A DNA stretch of 64,000 nt, from the NCBI GenBank assembly GCA_944320495.1, contig CALUHR010000009.1:32001-96000 (forward strand), given 5' to 3'. The position numbers were made by a program, and so were the translations under genes. This stretch comes from Candidatus Methanomethylophilaceae archaeon (GTDB taxonomy: Archaea; Thermoplasmatota; Thermoplasmata; Methanomassiliicoccales; Methanomethylophilaceae). Positions within the stretch are counted from its first letter, which is position 1. Each line of letters begins with the position of its first letter. The notes beneath the pieces were generated by a model. It had not been told where the DNA came from. It worked only from the letters and a program-made list of their open reading frames with translations, and made no database searches. Positions 29,785 to 38,753 of this stretch are shown in pieces.

Positions 29785-30540
29785 TTAATGTGTCGATGCG
29801 GACCTGTTGATGAGGCTGGCTATGTATCCGGCCCCGAACCCGTTGTCGATGTTGACGACGCTCACGCCGCTGGAGCAGGAGTTGAGCATGGCAAGGAGTG
29901 CTGCCACGCCTCCGAACGACGCCCCGTATCCGATGCTGGTGGGGACCGCGATGACCGGGCAGTCCGCCATCCCGCCGACGACGCTGGCCAGAGCCCCCTC
30001 CATGCCGGCGACGGCGACGATGGCGTTCGACGACATTATCTCCTCGGCATGGGCCATCAGCCTGTGGAGTCCGGAGACGCCCGCGTCGTAGATGCGGACC
30101 ACCTTGTTGCCCAGGGCCTCAGCGGTCTGGGCCGCCTCCTCGGCCACGGGTATGTCGCTGGTGCCCGCCGTGACGACGGCTATCTGTCCGCGGCGCTCCT
30201 CCGTCGGCGTTCCGGCTATGCCTATGCGGCTCACGGGATCGTACCTCAGCCCGATCAATCCGGACACCGCTTCGGCGGATGATTGCGGCAGACGTGTGAT
30301 GATGACGGATCCGGACCCGGACGCTAGGAGCCTCTCCGCTATGGACGCTATCTGTCCGGGGGTCTTGGTCTCGCCGAAGATGACCTCCGGCACACCCTGG
30401 CGCATCCCACGGTGGAGGTCCACCTTGGCGAACCCCAGGTCCTCGAACGGCTCCATGCGCAGCATGAGCGCGGCGTCATCGGGGGACACGGCCCCTGCGG
30501 CCACCTGGCCGAGCAGTCTCCTCAGCTCCATCTCATCCAT
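29785..30540 (-). CDS. larB: Nickel-pincer cofactor biosynthesis carboxylase LarB
   Basis: DLHR..RQG.PEVIFG..K, AGTSD.PVAEEA, AGMEGAL and VVNIDNGFGA motifs. Confidence 0.9.
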   Translation of the reverse strand: MDEMELRRLLGQVAAGAVSPDDAALMLRMEPFEDLGFAKVDLHRGMRQGVPEVIFGETKTPGQIASIAERLLASGSGSVIITRLPQSSAEAVSGLIGLRYDPVSRIGIAGTPTEERRGQIAVVTAGTSDIPVAEEAAQTAEALGNKVVRIYDAGVSGLHRLMAHAEEIMSSNAIVAVAGMEGALASVVGGMADCPVIAVPTSIGYGASFGGVAALLAMLNSCSSGVSVVNIDNGFGAGYIASLINRSASTH

Positions 30541-31297
30541 CTCTCACATCCTCCGATATCGAAATCCTGGTGAACCATCCCGAGAGGGCGGCCCCGATCT
30601 CCCCGCTGCGTCCCATCGCCTTATCCCTCTGCGACGCGGGCATCTCGACCCTTGCCGATGTCCCGTCGGTGCGGACGCGGAAGCCGCTGAAACCGAGCCC
30701 GCGCACCACATCCTCGCTGCTCTCTACGATGTCCAGCAGTTCCCGGGTGAGCGGTACGCCGGTGTCCACCCTGGTCGCCCGGCACGAGTCGGACGGCAGG
30801 TCCCATGTGACGAGCCCGTCGACCCTGGAGAGATCCCTGATGCGGTCCTTGGTGAGGCCCGCGTCCCTGAGCGGCGAGACGATGCCCAGTTCTCTGATGG
30901 CCCTCATCCCCGGCCTGTCATCCTCCGCGTCCGAGGCGTTTGTCCCGTCTGCTATGACGGGATATCCCATTCCGAAAGCCGCTTCGCGTATGGCGGAGAA
31001 CATGGCGCGCTTGCAGTGGTAGCAGCGATCGGCCCTGTTCTCCGAGATCTCCGGGATCCCGAGGAAGTCAATGTCCAGGACCATGGGTTCCAGCCCCTCC
31101 TCCAGGCACAGTACGATGGCGCGCTCGACCTCCGTCTCGCGGGACAGATGGGTCCTCACGATGACCGGGAGGACGTCCGCTCCCGAGGCATTGGCGCGGT
31201 GCAGGAGGAAGGCGGAGTCCGTGCCTCCGGAGAGGGCTATCGCTACCTTCCCGTTGGCGTCGAAGAAGGATTGGAGGGTCTCTTCGCTCACGTCCAC
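30533..31297 (-). CDS. larE: ATP-dependent sacrificial sulfur transferase LarE
   Basis: ALSGGTDS, RCYHCK, DGTN.D..RPG, SPL and CRATR motifs. Confidence 0.88.
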   Translation of the reverse strand: MDVSEETLQSFFDANGKVAIALSGGTDSAFLLHRANASGADVLPVIVRTHLSRETEVERAIVLCLEEGLEPMVLDIDFLGIPEISENRADRCYHCKRAMFSAIREAAFGMGYPVIADGTNASDAEDDRPGMRAIRELGIVSPLRDAGLTKDRIRDLSRVDGLVTWDLPSDSCRATRVDTGVPLTRELLDIVESSEDVVRGLGFSGFRVRTDGTSARVEMPASQRDKAMGRSGEIGAALSGWFTRISISEDVRDG

Positions 31298-31333
31298 TCT
31301 CAGACCGACGGCGGTTAAAATCTGTTCCGCCGG

Positions 31334-31606
31334 TCACTCGAAGATGTGCTTCTGCCTCTCCTTCGAGATCGACAGCAGGACCTCGGCGATCTGGGACGCC
31401 TCGAACTCCGTCAGGCTGACCTCTTCGCAGAGCTCCTTGTAGTGCTGCTTGACCTCGCGCTCCTTGTCTTCGTCCCAGTAGCGCTGGTGTGAGTTCTTCT
31501 TGGCCTTCGCCAGCTCGTCGGCGATCTCCATGCGGGTGGCTATGAGGTCGATGATCTGCTCGTCGATCGCCTCGATCTGAGACCGGAGCTCATCTGTGTC
31601 GGACAT
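31334..31606 (-). CDS. Chorismate mutase (AroQ type)
   Basis: LRSQI..ID..I..L...R motif; RE..V. Confidence 0.85.
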   Translation of the reverse strand: MSDTDELRSQIEAIDEQIIDLIATRMEIADELAKAKKNSHQRYWDEDKEREVKQHYKELCEEVSLTEFEASQIAEVLLSISKERQKHIFE

Positions 31607-31731
31607 TTCGATCACATCTACCTCAAGGCGAATAGATAAACTTTGGCGGACGCGACGGGGATGCCTCGCTCTCCCGGATTACATCGTGTCACTGCTGACC
31701 TTTAAATCCTGATACCACGATTCGAATAATT

Positions 31732-32229
31732 ATGGACATAGTGGAATCAAAATTCAAGTCCACTCCTGCGCAGGCCGCGGTGGTGGACCTCTTCCTGAGG
31801 GTGGGGGTCAGGATCGAGGACGGTCGCGCATGGTGCGACGGCATAGTCCTCGGCGACTGTGCCATCGGACGCGCGGCGGGCGTGGACCGCAGGGTGGTGA
31901 GGGCCACCATAGAGAAGATAGCGGGGGATCCAGATCTCCTGAGGATCTTCTCCAAGCTGAACTGCACCCTGTCCATGGTGGACATGGCGCCCGAGATCGG
32001 ATGCTCGTCCATAGTTATAACCCCGACCGATTCCCGCATGCCGGGCATCCTGGCGGACGTGACGTCGGTGCTGTACAAGCACGGCGTCTCCGTCAGGCAG
32101 GCGATGGTGGACGACGGCGGCATGGACGGCTCCGCCGAACTCCAGGTGGTCGCCTACGGCAGGATCCCGCCCGAGGCCATCCCCGAGCTGAAATCCTGCC
32201 GCGGCGTTAAGAGCGTTCTTATAAAGTGA
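31732..32229 (+). CDS. Regulator of amino-acid metabolism with ACT domain
   Basis: N-terminal HTH-like VDRRVV..T; C-terminal PGILADVT ACT motif. Confidence 0.82.
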   Translation: MDIVESKFKSTPAQAAVVDLFLRVGVRIEDGRAWCDGIVLGDCAIGRAAGVDRRVVRATIEKIAGDPDLLRIFSKLNCTLSMVDMAPEIGCSSIVITPTDSRMPGILADVTSVLYKHGVSVRQAMVDDGGMDGSAELQVVAYGRIPPEAIPELKSCRGVKSVLIK

Positions 32230-33853
32230 CCTTCAGGTCGAGGGTCTTGAGGACCTTCTTGGGACAGGCCTGCTCGCACCTGCGGCAGGCCGTCCCGGCG
32301 CACCTGTCGGACTGGATCTCGGCCACGAAGGACGAGGCGCCCTCGGGCCTTATGGTCAGCGCCCTCTCGGGGCACTCGCGGACGCAGCTCTTGCATCCGA
32401 TGCATCCCTCGACGACGCCGCTGAGGATGGTGCCGGACTTGATGATCCTGACCTTGCACTCCTCGGTGTCGGGGAGGTCGCGCTTGGCGAACCTCTCCAC
32501 CTTCACTACGGAGGTGTCGGGCGCGACGGGGATGTGCTTCATGTTGTACATGTCGAGCATGTCGTTGTACATGGCCATCGGCATACTGGTGCACCAGAGG
32601 GAGTACTCCACGGAGTAGAGGTTCTTGAAGAACTCCGAGGTGGCGAACATGACGTGGTCTGCCCTGAGCTGCTTCGCGAACTCGCGGAGGCTGTCGAGGT
32701 CGACCTCGCCGAGGATGATCCTCCTGGCCAGGCCGATGGAGGTGTTCCCGAACTGGACGATGTGGGTGGCGCCAGGCGCGACCATTCCGACCTCCATGGC
32801 CTTGCGGGCGTCTACATAGAGTCCGGACGCACCGGACATGTAGGCCTTCCTGACGTCCTCGATCCAGACGCCTGCGGCGTCCATGAGGGTGAGGAATCCG
32901 GCGCGGAGCGCTCCGATCGCCTTCCCGGCCTCGTCGACGTCGTGGGAGCTGATGACGATGCCGTCCTGAAGGGTCAGGGTCCCGGTCTCGGTCATGATCT
33001 TGGGAGGCTGGACGATGCCGGTCTTCATCCCGTTGGCGAGGGCGGCGATGACGCCGGTCCCGGTGATGCCGATGGCCTTGCCGTGCATGGGCCCCTCCTC
33101 GATGACAGCTCCGGTGAGGGGGTCGATGAGGTCGCCCTCCACGGGCGCGAGGGTGTCGTCGAGGACGTAGCATCTCCATCCCCTGTCGGTGATGGCGATC
33201 TCGCTCAGCGCGCCGGGGGCGGCGAGCATCCCGCGCTCAATCTCCTGCCCCTCCAGGGCGGGACCGGCGGCCGCGGACCCGCTGTAGATTTTTCCGTTGA
33301 CGATGAGGGCCATCTCGGCGTTCGTGCCGTAGTCGACGATGATGCAGGGCTCCTTCTCCTCGAGGATGTCCGTCATCATCATCATGGCGATGGCGTCGGC
33401 GCCGATCTCGTGCCTGACCGCAGGGGGGATGATGACCTCCGCGTCCGGCATGCCGTGGATCCCGAGGGACTCGGCGGAGACGATGTCCCCGTTCCTCGGA
33501 GGGGAGACGACGCCCAGTTCGTCCAGCATGTTCTTGCCGGCGAAGGCTAGGTCGCGGATCTCGATGTTCTGGAACAGCGAGAGCTGGAAGGGGTTGCCGC
33601 AGACGCCGATCTTCTCGACCTTGGACAGGTCGATGTTCAGCTCCGCGAAGAGGTTGTTGATCGCTCCGATCATGAGTCCGTGGGCGACCTCCTGTCCCGC
33701 CTTCATGGCGAAGTTGACGTGGTCGATGACGTTCATGCCGGGTATGGGGTGGCGCTCGGTGATCGCCGTCGCCACGGTCTTCTTGGAATCCAGGTCGATG
33801 GCCTGGCAGCGGAATCCGCTGGTTCCGATGTCGAGTGCTATGCCGTATCTCAT
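32219..33853 (-). CDS. ramA: Methylamine methyltransferase corrinoid protein reductive activase
   Basis: ALDIGTSG, HP.PGMNV.DH, DYGTNAE and GSAAAGPA motifs; C-terminal 2x[4Fe-4S] CIGCKSC...CP. Confidence 0.92.
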   Translation of the reverse strand: MRYGIALDIGTSGFRCQAIDLDSKKTVATAITERHPIPGMNVIDHVNFAMKAGQEVAHGLMIGAINNLFAELNIDLSKVEKIGVCGNPFQLSLFQNIEIRDLAFAGKNMLDELGVVSPPRNGDIVSAESLGIHGMPDAEVIIPPAVRHEIGADAIAMMMMTDILEEKEPCIIVDYGTNAEMALIVNGKIYSGSAAAGPALEGQEIERGMLAAPGALSEIAITDRGWRCYVLDDTLAPVEGDLIDPLTGAVIEEGPMHGKAIGITGTGVIAALANGMKTGIVQPPKIMTETGTLTLQDGIVISSHDVDEAGKAIGALRAGFLTLMDAAGVWIEDVRKAYMSGASGLYVDARKAMEVGMVAPGATHIVQFGNTSIGLARRIILGEVDLDSLREFAKQLRADHVMFATSEFFKNLYSVEYSLWCTSMPMAMYNDMLDMYNMKHIPVAPDTSVVKVERFAKRDLPDTEECKVRIIKSGTILSGVVEGCIGCKSCVRECPERALTIRPEGASSFVAEIQSDRCAGTACRRCEQACPKKVLKTLDLKVTL

Positions 33854-34671
33854 GCCCTCATCTCCTTCTTGATTGTGTAAGCCGCGCTGTTGACCGCCAT
33901 GACCGCGGCCCCTATCTCCAGCGGGTCGTGGATTATCGCCTTGCACCTGGTGCGCCCCTCCAGGTCGTAGTAGTGGGGGACGCCGGGGCTGGATATGATC
34001 GATCCCTGGGCGATGATCTCCCCGGGGATGATGTAGGGCGCGGCGTTGATCAGCAGCGTGTTGTCCGAGATGGCGTTCTCGACCCCCCTTATAGCCTTTG
34101 CGCCCAGAGGTATGAGGGCTTCGGCCTTCGAGTAGTCGATATCGGTGACCTGCACGTTCGCGCCCCAGTCCAGGAGGATGCGTGTCGCCCAGGACCCGAC
34201 CCTGCCGGCCCCGACGACGAGCACGTCCTTCCCCTCGACGCCGCCGGCCGCGTTCTTGAGGCACACGGAGTATCCCATGGCGGTGCCCCAGGAGTTGTCG
34301 GTGTACTTGCGCTCGGCGGTGTTGTAGGCGATGAACATGGGGTCGTCGGACATCATGATGATGTCGGCGCCGAGGTTCGTGGCCTCCGAGAACCCTGCGA
34401 CGTCGGTGCCCTGGGTCACGCATCCGCGCATCCCGAGCCTGGTGGTGATGGCGTTCACGGATTTGGCGAATCCGCCGATGATGCCGAGTCCGGAGGTGAT
34501 CGGGATCGCCGCCGCGAAGAACCTCGAGAAGTCGTAGTCGTCCATCTCCAGGCCGGCCGCCTCCATGGCGATCCCCTTGACGGTCTTGCCCGTCATCTTC
34601 ATCAGCCTGGTGTCGAGGTCCATCTTGTCGTCGGGGACCCCCCAGATCATGTCCTCTGTGAGCCTTGTCAT
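33850..34671 (-). CDS. pylD: Pyrrolysine synthase PylD
   Basis: MTRLT, PITSGLG.IGGF, TDVAG, GAGRVG and HDPLEIG motifs. Confidence 0.93.
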   Translation of the reverse strand: MTRLTEDMIWGVPDDKMDLDTRLMKMTGKTVKGIAMEAAGLEMDDYDFSRFFAAAIPITSGLGIIGGFAKSVNAITTRLGMRGCVTQGTDVAGFSEATNLGADIIMMSDDPMFIAYNTAERKYTDNSWGTAMGYSVCLKNAAGGVEGKDVLVVGAGRVGSWATRILLDWGANVQVTDIDYSKAEALIPLGAKAIRGVENAISDNTLLINAAPYIIPGEIIAQGSIISSPGVPHYYDLEGRTRCKAIIHDPLEIGAAVMAVNSAAYTIKKEMRA

Positions 34672-34672
34672 C

Positions 34673-35851
34673 TCATACCTCCTTGGGTGAGGCGTCGCTG
34701 AGCGAATCCACCCCGCAAGCCTCCATTATCGCCCGCATCACCGACAGGCGGCGGTCTTCGGCCTCCTCGGGGGTCGCCCCGGAGACCATGAAAGTTCCGT
34801 GCCACTCCTCCGCCCCGGGGGAGTAGTCGCTTATCGAGTCGTCCGATCCGAACAGCCCGCTCTCCATCCTGGGCGAGCGGACGTGGGAGAACTCCTTCTC
34901 CCCGGTCGTCTCAAGGGCGCCGTCCTTGAAATGCAGATGCCAGTAGATCCCGGCGCCCCTGCTGCTCGAGACCCCGGTCCATTGCCCTAGCCTCGATTCG
35001 ACGAGCTGGCGCAGCAGGTTGATGCCGGTGGCGGTGAGTATCGCGGCCGGCGTCTGGCTGGGGATGCGAGCGTCGATCTCCAGGTACCTCAGGCCCTTCG
35101 GGGTCTGGATGGCCTCGACGTCCATGAGTCCCCTGAGGCCGAGCCTCTCGGCGGTCCTCTCGGAGCATCCCCTGAATCCCTCCTCGTCCTCCGGTGTGAG
35201 CATCCCGGGGAAGCAGCGGACCTCCTTGCAGTCGTAGCCGCCGTCGAGGACGACCTCTGTCACGATGTAGCTCCTGGCTGTGCGTCCGTCTCCGATGACC
35301 TCCATCGACAGGCTCCTGCCGTGGACGAACTCCTGGATCACGACCTCCTGTCCCATGGACTCGACCCTGCGGACGCCCGCCTCGAGCTCGGCGTCGTCGT
35401 GCGCGACGGACACTCCGAGGCTCCCGCTCAGGGAGGAGGGCTTGACGATGACCGGGAATCCGCACTCAGGCCATCTGCCGGGGAGCGGGACGCCCGCCGC
35501 CCGCATCAGCTCGTTGGATTCGAGCTTGGACTGGGAGACGTCGTAGGCGCGTATGTCGAAGAGGAACGGGATCCCAGCTTCGGAGAGGACGGCGTCCAGC
35601 CTCATGAGCAGGTCGTGCTCCTCGCAGGCCGGCAGGACGGCGTCGCAGGTGCGGAACACCCTCATTGCCCGGTCGGGATCGTTTAGCGGATTGAGGACAT
35701 GCGGCTCGTCGCAGATGGACAGCGCGGGGGCATCGCCCCTCCTGTCGATCACGACGGTCTCGTATCCGGCCTTGTGTGCGAGGAAGACGGCCTCCATGCC
35801 CTGGAGGGCGCCGCCGACTATGCAGAGCCTCGTCTCCAGTCCCCCGATCAG
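34673..35851 (-). CDS. pylC: 3-methylornithine--L-lysine ligase PylC; probable CTG start at 35851 or 35839
   Basis: IVGGALQG.E...LA.KAG, KPSS.SGS.GV, EIDARIPSQTP; ATP-grasp fold. Confidence 0.92.
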   Translation of the reverse strand: MIGGLETRLCIVGGALQGMEAVFLAHKAGYETVVIDRRGDAPALSICDEPHVLNPLNDPDRAMRVFRTCDAVLPACEEHDLLMRLDAVLSEAGIPFLFDIRAYDVSQSKLESNELMRAAGVPLPGRWPECGFPVIVKPSSLSGSLGVSVAHDDAELEAGVRRVESMGQEVVIQEFVHGRSLSMEVIGDGRTARSYIVTEVVLDGGYDCKEVRCFPGMLTPEDEEGFRGCSERTAERLGLRGLMDVEAIQTPKGLRYLEIDARIPSQTPAAILTATGINLLRQLVESRLGQWTGVSSSRGAGIYWHLHFKDGALETTGEKEFSHVRSPRMESGLFGSDDSISDYSPGAEEWHGTFMVSGATPEEAEDRRLSVMRAIMEACGVDSLSDASPKEV

Positions 35852-36669
35852 TCGAGCTTGCACCCGTTGAGGTAGGTGTTGCTCTTCCCGGTCTTCCTGA
35901 CGCTGCTCTTGCCGTTCTTGAGCATGAGGAGCCTCTCGAGCCCGAATCCCACGCCCGCCCACGGCTCGTGGACGTCGTGCGCCGGGTCGAGGATGTGGGG
36001 TCCGACGGCTCCGGAGGCGACCTCCGTGCCGTTCACCTCGACGTCGAGCGTCTCCACGTAGACGTCGGACTCCTCCCTGGACAGGGTGTAGTCGAGTCCA
36101 GCGGCCTCCATGACGATGGCGATATACTCCTTCAGGCACTCGGTCGGGTCCCCGTCGGGTCCCATGTCCACCAGGTTCATCATGGTGAACTCCTCGAGGT
36201 GCCTGTAGCTCTTGGATTCCTTCCTGAAGCACTGGCCGATCTCGAAGATCTTGACCGGGCCGTCGGTGTGGTCCCTGAGCCTGCGCATGACGACGTAGAG
36301 GTTGGGCGCCAGCATGGGCCTCAGCGCGCGCTTGTCGTCTATGAAGAAAACCTGCTTGTACAGGTCGTGCTCGGGGGTGATGGTCATCTTCGCAAGCTGC
36401 TGCGTGGAGATGATGGTGGGGGTGCGGACCTCGATGAATCCGTGGGCCACGAGGGCGTCCCTGATCCTGCACTCGAGCTCGGACAGGTCGTGCCTGGTGG
36501 GGGAGGCGATCATGTCGGCGATGGCCGCGTCGTTGGCCGCTTCGGTCTTCGACATGAGCTTGGCGAACTGCCTGTCGCGCTCCGCTGCATCCTGGAAGTC
36601 CAGATCGGAATAGTCGTCGTCGCCGTACTCCATCAGGTGCTGGATCTGGGGGTCCGTGAATCCTGTCAT
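35848..36669 (-). CDS. pylS: Pyrrolysyl-tRNA synthetase, N-terminal-domain-less (PylSc) type
   Basis: RALRPMLAPNLY, CFRKES, LEEFTMMNLV, GFGLERL and YLNG motifs; 273 aa. Confidence 0.97.
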   Translation of the reverse strand: MTGFTDPQIQHLMEYGDDDYSDLDFQDAAERDRQFAKLMSKTEAANDAAIADMIASPTRHDLSELECRIRDALVAHGFIEVRTPTIISTQQLAKMTITPEHDLYKQVFFIDDKRALRPMLAPNLYVVMRRLRDHTDGPVKIFEIGQCFRKESKSYRHLEEFTMMNLVDMGPDGDPTECLKEYIAIVMEAAGLDYTLSREESDVYVETLDVEVNGTEVASGAVGPHILDPAHDVHEPWAGVGFGLERLLMLKNGKSSVRKTGKSNTYLNGCKLD

Positions 36670-36684
36670 TTGTAACACTGTCCA

Positions 36685-36755
36685 TGGCGAAAGGCCGGGG
36701 TGTCGATCCCCGCTGGCTAGGTTTTAGAGACCCGCTGGTCGCCGGACCGCCCTCC
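36685..36755 (-). tRNA. pylT: tRNA-Pyl (CUA anticodon)
   Basis: Reverse complement GGAGGGCGGTCCGGCGACCAGCGGGTCTCTAAAACCTAGCCAGCGGGGATCGACACCCCGGCCTTTCGCCA. 71 nt, CTA anticodon, encoded CCA, 15 nt upstream of pylS. Confidence 0.96.
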
Positions 36756-36778
36756 TTGGGAGAAATGCCGTGCCAACC

Positions 36779-36787
36779 GTATTTAAC
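36779..36787 (-). promoter_or_regulatory. TATA box of the pylT-pylSCD-ramA transcript
   Basis: GTTAAATAC about 24 nt upstream of the pylT 5' end. Confidence 0.55.
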
Positions 36788-36948
36788 GGTTCGCTAGACA
36801 CCGGCATACCCTGGATTGTCTCAATGGATTTAATAGCTTTCTCGGACCAGTGCGAGCTACACGGGTATGACCGAAGCCTCGTTATGAAGTAAAATTGATA
36901 TAGGATGGGTGAGGCCGAACACACGGCCAGCACCACTGATTGGAGCGG

Positions 36949-37314
36949 TCAGTCGAATTCGACGTCCTCGTTCTGGGTGACCGTGAACTTGATCCCCGCA
37001 TCGGTCATGAGGTTGCTGATGGTGTCGGCGAGGCGGTTCAGGTCCTGGGACTTGGAGTACGTCTTGAGGTAGAACTCGCTCCTGTCCATCGGGAACACGA
37101 GGCGGATCTTGCCCTTCCTGTTGTATCCCTCGGGCTTCCTGTTCTGCTCGAGATCCGACATGTTGAGGTCGATCAGCATCTGGAGGATCTCCTCCTCCTC
37201 GGGCATCTGGCCGATGTCGTCGAGCAGGAGTTTGAGAATGTCGGGGAACACCGGAGCCAGGTCCTTGTAGGGGGTCTTGCCTTTCAGCAGGAAGTTGACG
37301 CTGTAGACCTTCAT
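36949..37314 (-). CDS. Hypothetical protein
   Basis: Clean 121-aa ORF with host codon use. Confidence 0.75.
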   Translation of the reverse strand: MKVYSVNFLLKGKTPYKDLAPVFPDILKLLLDDIGQMPEEEEILQMLIDLNMSDLEQNRKPEGYNRKGKIRLVFPMDRSEFYLKTYSKSQDLNRLADTISNLMTDAGIKFTVTQNEDVEFD

Positions 37315-37394
37315 CGGGCGACGAACCTAGGCCGCCGTATTTATCGTTGTTGGCCCGGAATCCCTATTATAGATTGGAACCCATGTCGCGACCC

Positions 37395-38678
37395 ATGAGG
37401 ACCGCACTCACGGTCGCGGGTTCGGATTCTATAGGCGGTGCCGGCATCCAGGCGGATGTCAGGGCAATGTCCGTCGTCGGAGTCCATGCTGCGACAGTCA
37501 TCACCGCCGTCACCGCGCAGAACACATGCGGGGTAGACGACATCCTCCCGCTGCCGGAGGAGTTCATCAAAGAGCAGCTGGAATCCGTCCTGAGGGACGC
37601 GGATGTGAAGGCGATCAAGACCGGTATGCTGTACAGCGCGGAGATCGTTGGGACGGTCGCCGATATCCTGGAGGATCATGAGGCCCCCCTGGTCGTGGAT
37701 CCGGTTATGGCCGCCAGCACCGGGAGGTCCCTCTCCGACGACGGCCTGGTCGAGGCCATGAGGAGGAAGCTCCTGCCCATATGCGAGCTCGTCACCCCGA
37801 ACAGGGCGGAGGCCGAGGCCCTCGCCAAGATGCAGATAAAGACCAAGGACGACGAGAGGCTCGCGGCCGAGCTGATCGGGAAGGGCGGTTCCGCCGTGCT
37901 CATGAAAGGCGGTCACTACAACGCCCCTACCGTCACGGACGTGCTCTACCTGTCGTCCGAGTTCACGAAGATCGAATACCCCCGCCTCAAGAAGGCCGGC
38001 CACGGCAGCGGGTGCGTCCTGTCGTCGTACATCACCGCGCACATGGCCAAGGGCATGGACATCGCCAACGCCGTGTTCCAGTCCAGGGAGATGATCCAGG
38101 AGGCCATCGCCACCCAGTACTCCGTCGGGAGGGGCGACCAGGTCGTCAACCCGATGGTCCAGAGAGGGGACAGCGAGGGATTCATGGTGCTGGACGCGCT
38201 CGATTCGGCCGCCTCCCGCATCCTCGACGTCGTCCCGGAGGAGCTCGTGCCCAAGGGCGGGATGAACATCGCTATGGCGATGAGGAAAGCCGCCGGGCCA
38301 GAGCAGATTGCCGCCATCGACAAGAGGATGACCGTCCGCAACGGTATGATCCGCAAGGGCGGGCCCGCCAAGTTCGGTGTGGCCGAGGGGCTGTCATATG
38401 TCCTCATGGGCGTCATGAAGAAGGATCCCGAGACCCGCTGCGTGATGAGCCTCGCCTATTCCGACGACATGATGGGCGTCATGGAGGAGGTCGGGCTCAG
38501 GGCGGTCACTGCCGACATGGTCAAGGACCGGATGATGGAGTCTGCCGAGAAGGCCGTCGCCAAGGTCAAGGGGATGCCCGACGCCATTGTGGACAAGGGC
38601 AACAAGAAGGAGCGCGTCGTGCGCCTCCTGGCCAGGGATACGGCGGACATGATGTCCAAGCTGGACCAGATTCTCTGA
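37395..38678 (+). CDS. thiD: HMP/HMP-P kinase ThiD fused to a ThiN-like domain
   Basis: MRTALTVAGSDS.GGAGIQAD, LVVDPVM, TPN..EAE, KGGH and HGSGC motifs. The C-terminal domain has GPAKFG. Confidence 0.9.
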   Translation: MRTALTVAGSDSIGGAGIQADVRAMSVVGVHAATVITAVTAQNTCGVDDILPLPEEFIKEQLESVLRDADVKAIKTGMLYSAEIVGTVADILEDHEAPLVVDPVMAASTGRSLSDDGLVEAMRRKLLPICELVTPNRAEAEALAKMQIKTKDDERLAAELIGKGGSAVLMKGGHYNAPTVTDVLYLSSEFTKIEYPRLKKAGHGSGCVLSSYITAHMAKGMDIANAVFQSREMIQEAIATQYSVGRGDQVVNPMVQRGDSEGFMVLDALDSAASRILDVVPEELVPKGGMNIAMAMRKAAGPEQIAAIDKRMTVRNGMIRKGGPAKFGVAEGLSYVLMGVMKKDPETRCVMSLAYSDDMMGVMEEVGLRAVTADMVKDRMMESAEKAVAKVKGMPDAIVDKGNKKERVVRLLARDTADMMSKLDQIL

Positions 38679-38682
38679 AACC

Positions 38683-38700
38683 GACGGCCTTCGGGCCGTC
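38683..38700. terminator. TTCG tetraloop hairpin
   Basis: GACGGCC-TTCG-GGCCGTC followed by TTATCACTTTTT. Confidence 0.7.
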
Positions 38701-38753
38701 CCCATTATCACTTTTTAAAAGATGAACCCTGGGCAGTGCCCAGGGAAATGATT

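Noticed and set aside
35852-36685. N-terminal 280 aa of the 670-aa ORF containing pylC
   Set aside because: Off-frame reading of pylS, and separated from pylC by an in-frame CGA.
36760-36945. Small ORF or ncRNA upstream of pylT
   Set aside because: AT-richer spacer with the pylT TATA box. The 70-aa ORF overlaps the tRNA and has no support, and I saw no convincing structure.
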